This document shows, piece after piece, positions 15,685 to 25,736 of a DNA stretch of 64,000 bases; position 1 is the stretch's first letter; each line of letters begins with the position of its first letter. Below the pieces are notes generated by a model. It ran no database searches. It worked only from the letters and a program-made list of their open reading frames with translations, and was not told the origin of the DNA. The position numbers and the translations under genes are program-made. Source of the stretch: Williopsis jadinii (lineage: Eukaryota); NCBI GenBank assembly GCA_024346625.1, contig AP024665.1, positions 62,001-126,000 on the forward strand. The letters run 5' to 3'.

Positions 15685-16767
15685 ATGTTTCGTCTGTTGA
15701 AACCCTTCCAACATGTTTCCAGAGGCACTAGCCCACTGATATCAAGTAGATGGTTTTCTCAGAGGTCGTACGCTTTGCAGCTGAGCTCACAATCACTATC
15801 AAGAAAGATCCCAACCAAGGTACCAAAGACCTCTCGTCAAACAAACCCACAGATACTACGCCGTACCAAGAGATCCAGATGGGTCAAGAAAGATATGCTG
15901 CTTGAATCCTTACAGAAGGAGAGCAAAATTCAACCCGTGACAACAGTGACTTCGTGTGAGAAGTACGATTTCCAAGGGATCTTGGACAATCCACCTTTGG
16001 AAGGTATACACCAACTTGTTCCGGACGAGATCCTTTATTTCAAATACCAGGATGAGTATGATATCTTGATCCTGGAAAATGGTACTATCGTTGCCTGGGG
16101 ATTACACGAAGAATCCACAGAAGCTGACATATTGCCTCTTTTCAAAGAGTTCATGGTTTTCAAGTACGACTTCCCAGAATCTGAGGATATGGATTTCCTA
16201 GAGACGAGTTCTCCAGAGCATCCGACCCAGGTGATAGCAGAGACGTTCATTATCAACACCACCAATAAAGACCAGAGCATTTTGGAAAAGGCTGCATTCT
16301 CATCGGCCTTGTCAAGGTCGACGAGATTGGCTATCCTGGAGAATGCGCTCGAGAGGCATATATTGCAGACAAGAAAAGTGACAGAAGGGTTAAGCAATGG
16401 AAAGAGGCTAACTGTAACAGAAAAGGAGCTGTTAAGGTCAACAGGAAGGCTTTTCTTGCTGAGAGGTAAGCTCAATCTGTACTCTGAACTGATTGAAATT
16501 CCAGATCTGTACTGGAGTGAACCAAACTTGGAGGCCATTTACAAGGCTGTATCTGCAGTATTGGACATTTCTCCAAGAATATCCATCCTGAACAAGAAGT
16601 TAGACTACGCCACCGATGAATCAAGAGCGTTATTGCAAACTTTGAACGAGGAGAAGGGAACAAGGCTGGAATGGATTATTATTTATCTCATTATGATCGA
16701 AGTGTGCTTTGAGACATTCCACTTTTACGAGAGATATGTCGACTACAGGGATAGAGACAAAGAGTGA
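15685..16767 (+). CDS. MRX10: Mitochondrial RMD1/DUF155-family protein (Mrx10-like)
   Basis: The ATG at 15685 gives an Arg/Ser-rich presequence-like N-terminus. DUF155 motifs (LNLYSELIEIPDLYWSEP, LDISPRISILNKKLDY) and the C-terminal TM LEWIIIYLIMIEV follow. Confidence 0.85.
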   Translation: MFRLLKPFQHVSRGTSPLISSRWFSQRSYALQLSSQSLSRKIPTKVPKTSRQTNPQILRRTKRSRWVKKDMLLESLQKESKIQPVTTVTSCEKYDFQGILDNPPLEGIHQLVPDEILYFKYQDEYDILILENGTIVAWGLHEESTEADILPLFKEFMVFKYDFPESEDMDFLETSSPEHPTQVIAETFIINTTNKDQSILEKAAFSSALSRSTRLAILENALERHILQTRKVTEGLSNGKRLTVTEKELLRSTGRLFLLRGKLNLYSELIEIPDLYWSEPNLEAIYKAVSAVLDISPRISILNKKLDYATDESRALLQTLNEEKGTRLEWIIIYLIMIEVCFETFHFYERYVDYRDRDKE

Positions 16768-16799
16768 TTTATACAAGATACAACATATACGCATTCAAC

Positions 16800-17504
16800 C
16801 TATGCCTTTTCTATGTAGTCAATCTCTAACTCTATCTTTGATGGATCAACCACTCTAACATGGGAGAGGTCCTTAACAACGTATGTGGCACCTGCATCGT
16901 ATAGCTTTTGAGCCTCGAACCCACTGGCAATACCAATGACTAAAGCACCTGCGTTTAACCCAGCACCAATTCCAACAGGTGCATCTTCAAAGACAACTTT
17001 CTTAATGTTTGAATGGTCCAATCCGAGCTTTTCGCTTAGAAGCTGTGCACCCGTCAAATAACCTTCTGGATGAGGTTTACCATTTGTAACCATATCCGCG
17101 GTGATAAACACATCTGGCTTCTTGACATCACTCAAAACACTCCCGAACCACCCATGAGCAAGTCCCTGGTTACCACTAGTAACGATGCACCATTTATTGC
17201 AGTCCAAGGAGTTCAAGAGCGTCGAATGCCCGTTAATCGGCACTACTAGGTCTCCAAAGTCCCTGGAGATGGAGGCTTCAAATTCAAGTGCACCTTTGTT
17301 ATCAGTATTATCAATATCAGGGAAGAATCTTGCCATGACTTCAACAGTTCTGGTACCGTGAGAATGCTCGTAGAGCGTCTTAGGGTCCACGTTGTGTTCG
17401 GTACATAACCCAACCCATGCCTGCTCAACGGCTTTTGTTGTGTTGACAATAGTACCGTCGAGATCAAAGAGACAAACGTCAGTAGTTACAGTGGCTGTCA
17501 CCAT
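16800..17504 (-). CDS. DOG1: HAD-family 2-deoxyglucose-6-phosphate phosphatase (Dog1/Dog2-like)
   Basis: HAD motif I CLFDLDGTIV, SHGTRT..RFFP..DNTDNKG, GKPHPEGY, VVFEDAPVG; closer to Dog than Gpp by recall. Confidence 0.8.
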   Translation of the reverse strand: MVTATVTTDVCLFDLDGTIVNTTKAVEQAWVGLCTEHNVDPKTLYEHSHGTRTVEVMARFFPDIDNTDNKGALEFEASISRDFGDLVVPINGHSTLLNSLDCNKWCIVTSGNQGLAHGWFGSVLSDVKKPDVFITADMVTNGKPHPEGYLTGAQLLSEKLGLDHSNIKKVVFEDAPVGIGAGLNAGALVIGIASGFEAQKLYDAGATYVVKDLSHVRVVDPSKIELEIDYIEKA

Positions 17505-17915
17505 GGTTTGTTGGTGAATCGTCTCGAATTTATCACTAGGAGAACGAGTGGGCTTACTGTGAGAAGGAGAGTAAAACTTTCCAACTAATTCCTGAAAGAA
17601 TCACTACCTCAACGTGCGTGCACTGGTTCCTCGTTTCTCAATGTGGGAAATCATTGAATTAGGAGTTTTTCCGGGACTGGGGTGCATTTATTGGAGAGAG
17701 AGAGGCTCTCTAGCTGGGATTTTTTTAGCTCTGAGATGAGGGAATTGGCGAATCCATGTTGTGGTTAGTCATCAGGTTAGAATGTTGGATACCTCTATGA
17801 GGGCTTTATAATATCTTTGGTGACAAAGAGAAACCATTTTAGAAGTCAATAGGTCTACAACTCACACATTGATGTGATAACTACACACTGGTTGAGAACT
17901 GTAAAATTCGAATTA

Positions 17916-17996
17916 GGCAACTTGGCCGAGTGGTTAAGGCGAAAGATTAGAAATCTTTTGGGTTTACCCGCGCAGGTTCGAATCCTGCAGTTGTCG
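17916..17996 (+). tRNA. tRNA-Ser(AGA), intronless
   Basis: GGCAACT acceptor stem pairing with AGTTGTC, D loop TGGCCGAGTGGTTAAGGC, anticodon arm AAAGA-TTAGAAA-TCTTT, long variable arm GGGTTTACCC, T loop GGTTCGAATCC; T-run Pol III terminator from 18000. Confidence 0.97.
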
Positions 17997-18450
17997 TCAT
18001 TTTTTTTGCTCAGGTTACAGGTTCAAGCTCGCTGGATTGTATGAATTAGCTTTAACAAATGTATCAAGTTATTATGATTGATAGCTCAGACTGATGATAG
18101 CTTGTTACAGACGATCGATGTCCATTTCATTCGACTTTATCCACTAGCTTAGAAAATATATTATGGTCTAAATCAACGCTGTGGACGCCCTGTAAGCTAG
18201 CTGAACGATGGCTACAAGGTTCTACATGATTCAAGTATATCATGGTGATGAATGATAAATACATCCTAGTTGTGATGATACTGTACAGTTGGGTGATGTC
18301 CAACGTCATTTGCATGCTCACCTCTTCAATGTTTTGCTATGTGCAGCAGAGATGCTCTGATTCTGTCTCTTACAAACGACGAAACAAAAGGTATAGAAGA
18401 CACTTCATTTCCAAAGAGTATACGTGTGGATGGAAGTCGATAACCATTCA

Positions 18451-20169
18451 TCACAAGTCACCATAAGCGTCATAGACATTTCTCCAATTCTGGTAAAATC
18501 CTCTAAAGAATTTAACACCTAAACCAACGTCTCTGGATCCAATAGCAGCTCTGATGCTATGCATGGATAGCTGCGCAATACCCAGGTCAATGGTTCTTGC
18601 CCCAGTCAATGAAGAAATTGAAGGTCCAATAGTACCTCCAGATCTTGCATTGTTCTTAATCTGGAAATATTGGATTTTATCATCGTTTATCTTTGCTAGC
18701 TCCTCAACAAGGGACCAACCAACAGAATCTGTAGCCATATGGCCATTCGGATCAAGCGCAACAGTAACACCAATGTTTGGCAATGGGAAGTGGTTCTCAA
18801 GGTATTCACTCTTATAAGTAGGGTTCAACAGATGTGTAACATCAGCTGACAAAATAATCGAGTTAGCAAATGAGATCTTCGACAACGTATCGACACTTTG
18901 GCCATCTGCAATGTCCTGGGTTGAAGCGATGACTCTTTGAGTAATGCTTGTGATCAAATTGGATTTAGCACCTTGTCTCGTTAAGGAACCAATCTCTTCA
19001 TTATCGTAAAGTAGTACTTGGTTGAATAGACCCTTAGGAATGGGCTTTTCGGCAAACTCCAACAGAGCATGAAGTGCAGCAAACGAGCACAATCTGTCAT
19101 CAATTCTTGGGGCAATGAGAAAGTCATCCTTAATACCACTTAGGGTTCCCCTTTGAACGTCGAACAAGTCCAAGTCCAGGATGGCAAGATCTTGCACCTC
19201 CACCTTAGCCAATGACGCAATGTATCTCAACAATTCCAGAGAATGCTTACCATACAATGGTGCACTCTTTTCTGCCTCTGAAGGAGGCGCATCTGGACCT
19301 GGCGAGAATGCAATGACAGGAATTGCCTTTTCCTCTGTATCATAAGGTGGATTTGACACCGCACCAAAGTGAGGGGCCAAAGTAGAGATTCTTGCAATTG
19401 GCTTTGGGGAAGAGTCGACCAATTTGGATACAATATTGTAGCCAACAGGTGATTTTGGATCTTTAACTTTGACAAGGACTCTACCAGCGATACCCAAGTC
19501 TCTATCGAACCAAACAGGCGAGAGGGCACCGGCATACGGTGCCACACCTAGCAGTTCATAACCGTCAACTTTGGACTTTTTGGAAACAGGCTTCAGCTTT
19601 GCAGCCAAAGCATCGACATGGGCACCCACAATACCTGATCCGAACTCAGGTTTCCACCCTTCACCAAGGACAAATGCACCTAGGTTGGTACCATTTCTAA
19701 CGGTATAGTACAAGCCAGGTGTCAATTCACCCCAATCTTCCTTTTCAGAGAGATAGGTAAACCCCTTTGATTCCAAAAGCTTCGAAAAGTGCTCCACAAC
19801 GTGATACGTTGTGGGGTTTCCTGCAGTGAAGTCGATATACCTGTGTGAATAACCCAGGTAGTAATCTTCATTCGTAAAAGAACCGGTTTTCTTCATCACC
19901 TTACTGCTTCTGTAGAGGTTGTCATCGCCAGCCAGTTCATCCTCGCTATCGTCATCAGGTGTAGTTTGTTCATCGTCAAAGACAGTGTTTCTAGAGGCCT
20001 TTTTCTTGGAGGACACCTTCTTCTTGGAACGCACCGCTGCGGAAGAGCTGGTCTTGCCTGCTGAAGATGAGTTGTCCTCCTTCTTAAGCATAGATGCTCC
20101 CAGTTGGAAGAGGTCGAACGCCTGACGCATGGCCAGTTCAGCTTTATCGAAATTCAGTTCCCTTTCCAT
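18451..20169 (-). CDS. APE1: Vacuolar aminopeptidase I (M18 family)
   Basis: GAHVDAL, APRIDDRLCS, YDNEEIGS, SADVTH, SMHSIR metal-ligand motifs; N-terminal propeptide. Confidence 0.92.
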   Translation of the reverse strand: MERELNFDKAELAMRQAFDLFQLGASMLKKEDNSSSAGKTSSSAAVRSKKKVSSKKKASRNTVFDDEQTTPDDDSEDELAGDDNLYRSSKVMKKTGSFTNEDYYLGYSHRYIDFTAGNPTTYHVVEHFSKLLESKGFTYLSEKEDWGELTPGLYYTVRNGTNLGAFVLGEGWKPEFGSGIVGAHVDALAAKLKPVSKKSKVDGYELLGVAPYAGALSPVWFDRDLGIAGRVLVKVKDPKSPVGYNIVSKLVDSSPKPIARISTLAPHFGAVSNPPYDTEEKAIPVIAFSPGPDAPPSEAEKSAPLYGKHSLELLRYIASLAKVEVQDLAILDLDLFDVQRGTLSGIKDDFLIAPRIDDRLCSFAALHALLEFAEKPIPKGLFNQVLLYDNEEIGSLTRQGAKSNLITSITQRVIASTQDIADGQSVDTLSKISFANSIILSADVTHLLNPTYKSEYLENHFPLPNIGVTVALDPNGHMATDSVGWSLVEELAKINDDKIQYFQIKNNARSGGTIGPSISSLTGARTIDLGIAQLSMHSIRAAIGSRDVGLGVKFFRGFYQNWRNVYDAYGDL

Positions 20170-20817
20170 GGCAGATTGCTAGAAAAGTACTGAGATAGTG
20201 ATATCGTGTATTAAAAGGGTGGTGGAATGGAAGAGCAATATCTAAAGGACTACAAGGTGCTTATATATGGGGAGCTCACCTGCCCCTCCCCCCGCCCCGA
20301 GCCAGCACGGAGATTAGCCGGGGGGGGGGCGCCTGGCCTGGTGGGCTCGCTTATCTATTTCGAGCCACATCTCCGGCCTAGGGTGATGGGTGATATACCA
20401 ACACCATTGTGTGATAATTCTACTAGAAATTGTGTGTCACTTGTGCCGAGTATCACGTACACCTCCAACGTAGCTGGGATGCCCTGATTGTTGGAAGCTG
20501 ATACAATGGCGTGGTTGTAAAGGTGACTATTGTGAGCATTCCATGCTGGGGCTAGGGTACTAATCCATAGCCCGGCTCGCGCGATGAGAACCGTGGAGCC
20601 ATTGCTACAGTTCCAGATGCTTGAGTCCACGATGAAGGCAAGCCCGTCCACCAGTTCGCACGTGAGCACAAGCACGCACTGGCATTCTCTGTCAATTGGC
20701 CTAGAGACAGCACCCGTGGGTGATTATTGTTCCATTGTAACGCTGATTCTAGTCCCGTTCACCATCTCGGTTTTCTTCCCTCTGGAGATGCTCCGTATAG
20801 AGGAACGAGACATAGGG

Positions 20818-20846
20818 AGAAAAATTTTTTTGGCCTAGTCTCATCA
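20818..20846 (+). promoter_or_regulatory. RRPE-like plus PAC-like elements upstream of DYS1
   Basis: GAAAAATTTTTT followed by CTCATCA. Confidence 0.5.
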
Positions 20847-20884
20847 CTCAGCTCACCATTGTTGAAAGGGGAAAGCATCAACCA

Positions 20885-22018
20885 ATGTCCAAACAGAATT
20901 CCGAGCTTCCAGAGATCCTCTCCGATGCAGTGCTTAAGGCATCTGTTCCGGTTCCTGACTCATTTGTCGAGGTGAAGGGAATTGACTACTCCAAGCCTGA
21001 GGCTACGAACATGCGTGCAGTAGACCTCATCAATGGTATGAAGACCATGGGATTCCAGGCTTCGTCCGTGGCTAAAGGTTGTGAGATCATTGACGAGATG
21101 AGAAAGTGGAGAGGTAAGCACAAGGATGAGCTGGAGGAGCACAAGCAGACGGGTGAATTTGACGAAGAAGGCTACCAGAGAACCACGGTGTTTATGGGTT
21201 ACACCTCTAACCTGATCTCTTCTGGGTTGAGAGACACACTAAGATTCCTCGTCCAAAACAAGCACGTGAGTGCCATCGTCGCTACCGCAGGTGGTATCGA
21301 GGAGGACCTCATCAAGTGCCTTGCGCCAACTTATATGGGTGAATTCAGCCTTCAAGGTAAAAAGTTGAGAGACGAGGGTATGAACCGTATCGGTAATCTG
21401 TTGGTTCCAAACGACAACTATTGTAAGTTTGAAGAGTGGATAGTGCCAATCTTGGATACACTGTTAGAGGAGCAGACACAGGCTGCGACAAAGCTCGGTG
21501 CTGAATGTTTGGATGCAGGTTCTCCAGCTGTTCTGTCACCATCTGACCTGATCAGAAGATTGGGTAAAGAGATCAACGATGAGTCTTCAGTGCTTTACTG
21601 GGCCTACAAGAATGATATCCCAGTGTTCTGTCCTGCTATCACAGACGGTTCCATCGGTGATATGCTCTTCTTCCACACTTTCAAGGCATCTCCTCAACAG
21701 CTGCGTTTGGACATCGTTGCTGACATCCGTAAGATCAACTCGATGTCCATGGCTGCTTCTCGCGCCGGTATGATCCTCCTTGGTGGTGGATTGATCAAAC
21801 ACCACATCTGTAACGCCTGTCTCATGAGAAACGGTGCAGATTATGCCGTGTTTATCAACACAGGTCAAGAATTTGACGGGTCAGATGCCGGTGCAAGACC
21901 AGATGAAGCTGTGAGCTGGGGTAAGATCAAAGCTGAAGCCCACTCTACCAAGATCTATTGTGATGCTACAGTCGTCTTCCCATTGATAGTGGCAGCTACT
22001 TTTGCCAGTGGCAAGTAG
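20885..22018 (+). CDS. DYS1: Deoxyhypusine synthase
   Basis: [62 protein letters not shown]. Confidence 0.98.
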   Translation: MSKQNSELPEILSDAVLKASVPVPDSFVEVKGIDYSKPEATNMRAVDLINGMKTMGFQASSVAKGCEIIDEMRKWRGKHKDELEEHKQTGEFDEEGYQRTTVFMGYTSNLISSGLRDTLRFLVQNKHVSAIVATAGGIEEDLIKCLAPTYMGEFSLQGKKLRDEGMNRIGNLLVPNDNYCKFEEWIVPILDTLLEEQTQAATKLGAECLDAGSPAVLSPSDLIRRLGKEINDESSVLYWAYKNDIPVFCPAITDGSIGDMLFFHTFKASPQQLRLDIVADIRKINSMSMAASRAGMILLGGGLIKHHICNACLMRNGADYAVFINTGQEFDGSDAGARPDEAVSWGKIKAEAHSTKIYCDATVVFPLIVAATFASGK

Positions 22019-22118
22019 ACTATATATATACACACACAGAAGGTATAGATTTAATGTTGTTTATAATAAATAGGGAAATAAATATGTCTTTGAAAAGGGT
22101 AAAATAAATAAATAGGCC

Positions 22119-22550
22119 CTAGGCTTGGGCTCTCTCGGCAACCTTTGGCTCCCACTGCTCAAACTTCGGCTTTGCAGTGTTGTATGGCACGTAGCACCCA
22201 GTGGTTCCTGTTAAATTTGTAGCATGCACCGCCGGTGGTGTGTATGCCCTTTCCGTCTTCTCCTCCCCTTCAAGCTTGTTTGGAGGCGTGTTGGTACCAT
22301 AGCCCAACCAGTAGTGCCAGCCAGGCTCCAACTGAGAAACATCGTAGAATTTGGTATCTTTATACTCAACCCATCTGGATCTCAGATGGATATCAACAGG
22401 GTCATGAGATTCGTAGTACTCGTTACCATAGTCATCAACACCAACTAGGGTACCAGCACGGGCGTCACCGATGGTGTTCATCTGTTTGGCGTAGCGCGCC
22501 CAGCCGGACTTCCATATGTTCTTGATAGTTCTTCCAAACGAAACGGACAT
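22119..22550 (-). CDS. NADH:ubiquinone oxidoreductase subunit NDUFA12/B17.2 (N7BM)
   Basis: ATG at 22550; GTLVGVDDYGNEYYE, RSRWVEY, EPGWHYWL, NLTGTTGCYVPYNTAKPKFEQWEP. Confidence 0.93.
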   Translation of the reverse strand: MSVSFGRTIKNIWKSGWARYAKQMNTIGDARAGTLVGVDDYGNEYYESHDPVDIHLRSRWVEYKDTKFYDVSQLEPGWHYWLGYGTNTPPNKLEGEEKTERAYTPPAVHATNLTGTTGCYVPYNTAKPKFEQWEPKVAERAQA

Positions 22551-22576
22551 TGCTTTGCTTCGATCCTCTTCAAGCT

Positions 22577-22598
22577 GTGTTGTTGTTGTTGTTGTTGT
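22577..22598. repeat. (GTT)n microsatellite in the NDUFA12 5' leader
   Basis: About 6-7 tandem GTT/TGT units. Confidence 0.8.
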
Positions 22599-22757
22599 AG
22601 GAGCTTTTGCTGTTGGAGCTTTTTGTGGTTTTTTCAACCCCCCTAAAATTGTCTGGTGTGCGGATGTTTTACAGGGCTCATACGCAGCTTACATCATTGG
22701 CTACAGAGAGCACTCTCTTAAATATACGTTTAGAGTAGAAATACTAGCGTCATAGGC

Positions 22758-25379
22758 CTATTGCAGCCATTTGGCGATATCCTCGCTGTCCCTGGCGACC
22801 CAATTCGCGTTGGTCTTGATACTGTCGGTGACCTGGTCGAGCGATCTTTCGAAGCCGTAGATGTCCTTTCCTTCAAAGAACTTCTTGATCTCATCGCTCT
22901 TCTCCAAACTGGCAAATGAGCCCAGTGTAAACTTGACGAATCTGTCGAAAACGACCCTGTTTGCGTTCAGTCTTTCATAGATGGCATCATAGTTATCCTT
23001 CAAGTAGGCCCAGAGTTTGTCACGCGCAGCGTTGTTCTTGGACAAGGCAACAGCAACGAACTGGACATCCATGATTGGAACTTCGGGAGATAGGATAAGG
23101 TCAAGCGACTTGTCGATCAACGCATCGTTTGTTGCAGTGCCCAGAGAAGCTAGCACGATCTCACGAGTATCGAGGGCATCGCTGGATCTGATGATATTGT
23201 ATACGGAGTCCCAATCCTCCTCAGTGGCGTCCTTTGGAGAGACAATGGATTGGAAAATCACACCTCTCAATGAAGGGTCGACGGGCTCACCTTGTTGATA
23301 CTTGGCAAAGACAGACTGTGCAGGCGAAATGATCTCTGTTATCCCAGCACCGACAGCACTCGCCAGCAGCTTCACTTTCAAATCCGCAACTAGGAAATCC
23401 TCAGGAGTGGTGTCAAAGTCCAAACTCAGTGCACTTGGTGAAATGATACTCTGAATAAACTTGTTTAGGGCATCTTGAATATCTTTTGGTTGTTCATACC
23501 AGACTTGGGATATTGAGCCAAGTGATTTTAAAATCGCATCCCAAACAACGGCTTCAGATTCTCCTTTCAACAGTTTTATAAATTCAAGAGCATCTGATGT
23601 CTTTGTCAACCCAGCAGCTGCGGTGAAGGTCAAATCACTAACCAGTCCAACCTTATCAGTTGGTGATAGCTTATCCAGGTTGTTCTTAATGGCGTCCAAA
23701 GTCGTCTTGTCATAGACAACACGGTAAAATCCAGTGGAGTTCTTATTGACTTTAAAGAATCCATCAATCTTTGGAATTGAGATAGAACGTTCAGTCAAAG
23801 TCTGGCGAACCACATCATCATCACCAAGCCCCGTGGATAGGTTCAAAGGAATCCACCAAATGGTTTCATCTTCAGAGTCCTTGACATCACCGGAAGCTAA
23901 GAATCTGTGTTGAGTGAATTTGACCTCATCACCAATGGTCTCCACAGAGACATATGGGAACCCGATCTTTGAGATCCAATTATTGGCCATAGTGACAACA
24001 TCAACACCACTAACCTCAGAGATGGAGGCCCACAAGTCTTTAGTTTTAGCATTACCAAACTTGTGTTCGCTCAAGTAATGTGCCACACCAGAGAGAAAGT
24101 CTTCCACACCAATGGTATTGGCGAGCTGGTTGATGACACTACCACCTTTCAAGTAAGAAATGTGGTCAAAGACTTGGTCAATGTCTGCAGAACTTTGAAT
24201 CGGAACCTCAACTGGGTGAGATCCTCTGGAAGCATCGGCAGTCAAGGCAGTTTGCAAGTCTTCAGTTATACAAACGTCAAACACCTTCCACTGTGGGAAG
24301 AGCTTATCCAAAGCATATGAGCCAACCCAAGTGGCGAAACCCTCGTTGAGCCATAGCTCATCCCACCAGTCCATGGTGACCAAATTGCCAAACCATTGAT
24401 GTGCCAATTCATGAGCAACGACATAGGCAACCTTTTTCTGGTACTTCTTTGCACTTGTCTTCTCATCAAACAACAACGCTGTTGGTCTAAAGGTAACCAA
24501 TCCCCAATTCTCCATGGCATTGTGCGAGTACGATGGCACTGAGATGAGGTCCAACTTTGGCAAGACATAGTCAATCTTGAATACATCTGAGAACAGATCA
24601 ACCACTTTTGCAGCCACGGAGAGCGCAAATTCACCTTGAGATGAGATTCCCTGCTGGGTGTAGATACGCACTGGTAGCTTCTTACCGTTGTAGGACTTTT
24701 CAGTAAGGGTTTCAATGTAGTCCATCTTACCCACAGCCCAGGCAAAGAGATAAGTGCTCATAATCGGGGTCTCTTGGAACTTGACAACCTTCAAGCCAGA
24801 AGCCTCAACGGCACCTTTCTTCTTACCATCACCAAGCACTTTCGAAGAGATCACCGGGGTGTTACTCAGAGCAGTGAAGTCCTCAGCAACGGAAATTGAG
24901 AGCTGAAATGTAGCCTTGAGGTTTGGCTCATCCCAACATGGGAGCGCACCACGGGCTTCTGTCGCCTCGAACTGCGTGGACAACATCACCTGCTCCTTAC
25001 CGTCCTTATCCAAATAGTCAGAACGGTAAAATCCATTCATATTTGTCTTGATCTCAGCAGTGTACTCAATTTCCAACAACGCCTTTGCACCTGCTGGGAC
25101 CTTCTCACCAAGCGAGAACGTAGCTGTCTCGTGCTTTTCATCCACCGTGACACCATTGATGCTGACCTCGGCTTCAGTCTTGTTCAACGTGTACGTCAGC
25201 TTGTAGGTGTTGAAAGTCAGCTTGGAGGCATGCAGAACGAGCTGATCTGTGGTTTCCTTAACGTCCAATTGAACCTTGACATCACCGTGGAAGGTGTTTG
25301 CCTTAACATCGATCTGCGACACTTCCAGGTCGTAACGGATTGGCTTGAAAGTGGATGGCAAGACGTCTCTCTCAGTCAT
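22758..25379 (-). CDS. M1-family zinc aminopeptidase (Aap1/Ape2-like)
   Basis: STQFEATEAR, PCWDEP, NAMENWGL, HELAHQWFGN-x-WLNEGFA (HEXXH-18-E), ISYLKGG, ERAP1-like C-terminus. Confidence 0.93.
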   Translation of the reverse strand: MTERDVLPSTFKPIRYDLEVSQIDVKANTFHGDVKVQLDVKETTDQLVLHASKLTFNTYKLTYTLNKTEAEVSINGVTVDEKHETATFSLGEKVPAGAKALLEIEYTAEIKTNMNGFYRSDYLDKDGKEQVMLSTQFEATEARGALPCWDEPNLKATFQLSISVAEDFTALSNTPVISSKVLGDGKKKGAVEASGLKVVKFQETPIMSTYLFAWAVGKMDYIETLTEKSYNGKKLPVRIYTQQGISSQGEFALSVAAKVVDLFSDVFKIDYVLPKLDLISVPSYSHNAMENWGLVTFRPTALLFDEKTSAKKYQKKVAYVVAHELAHQWFGNLVTMDWWDELWLNEGFATWVGSYALDKLFPQWKVFDVCITEDLQTALTADASRGSHPVEVPIQSSADIDQVFDHISYLKGGSVINQLANTIGVEDFLSGVAHYLSEHKFGNAKTKDLWASISEVSGVDVVTMANNWISKIGFPYVSVETIGDEVKFTQHRFLASGDVKDSEDETIWWIPLNLSTGLGDDDVVRQTLTERSISIPKIDGFFKVNKNSTGFYRVVYDKTTLDAIKNNLDKLSPTDKVGLVSDLTFTAAAGLTKTSDALEFIKLLKGESEAVVWDAILKSLGSISQVWYEQPKDIQDALNKFIQSIISPSALSLDFDTTPEDFLVADLKVKLLASAVGAGITEIISPAQSVFAKYQQGEPVDPSLRGVIFQSIVSPKDATEEDWDSVYNIIRSSDALDTREIVLASLGTATNDALIDKSLDLILSPEVPIMDVQFVAVALSKNNAARDKLWAYLKDNYDAIYERLNANRVVFDRFVKFTLGSFASLEKSDEIKKFFEGKDIYGFERSLDQVTDSIKTNANWVARDSEDIAKWLQ

Positions 25380-25655
25380 TGTATGGTGTACGAGCTCAAT
25401 TGGAAGGTATCAAAGGGGTAAGAGCCGATGCGAATTGAAGAATTCAAGCAGTGTAATGGCGAGAAAAGGGGGTTTCTCCAGTTACTTGAGATGAGACGAG
25501 TGTTGCGGAGGTGGCTCACTATACAAAGTCCCAAACGGGACATTTCGCAAGAAAAACTGCGCAAATTGAGAGGTGCAGGAGCAAGTCTACGCAAATTACC
25601 GGATTAGGAAGGAACAGGTTTCGCCGATTTTGCGCAAACTAATAACCGTAAAGTG

Positions 25656-25663
25656 CTAAACGA
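25656..25663 (-). promoter_or_regulatory. Sterol regulatory element (Upc2/Ecm22-type TCGTTTAG) upstream of ERG7
   Basis: CTAAACGA on + strand = TCGTTTAG, ~75 bp upstream of the ERG7 ATG. Confidence 0.55.
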
Positions 25664-25736
25664 AGAGCGTTATATCACGGCTCTGACAACCCATTGTTTC
25701 CTTCATAAAGCTCATTGACTGCGAGTGACTGACCCA

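Noticed and set aside
18240..18362. C/D box snoRNA candidate (GTGATGA...CTGA)
   Set aside because: No recognisable rRNA-complementary guide or terminal stem.
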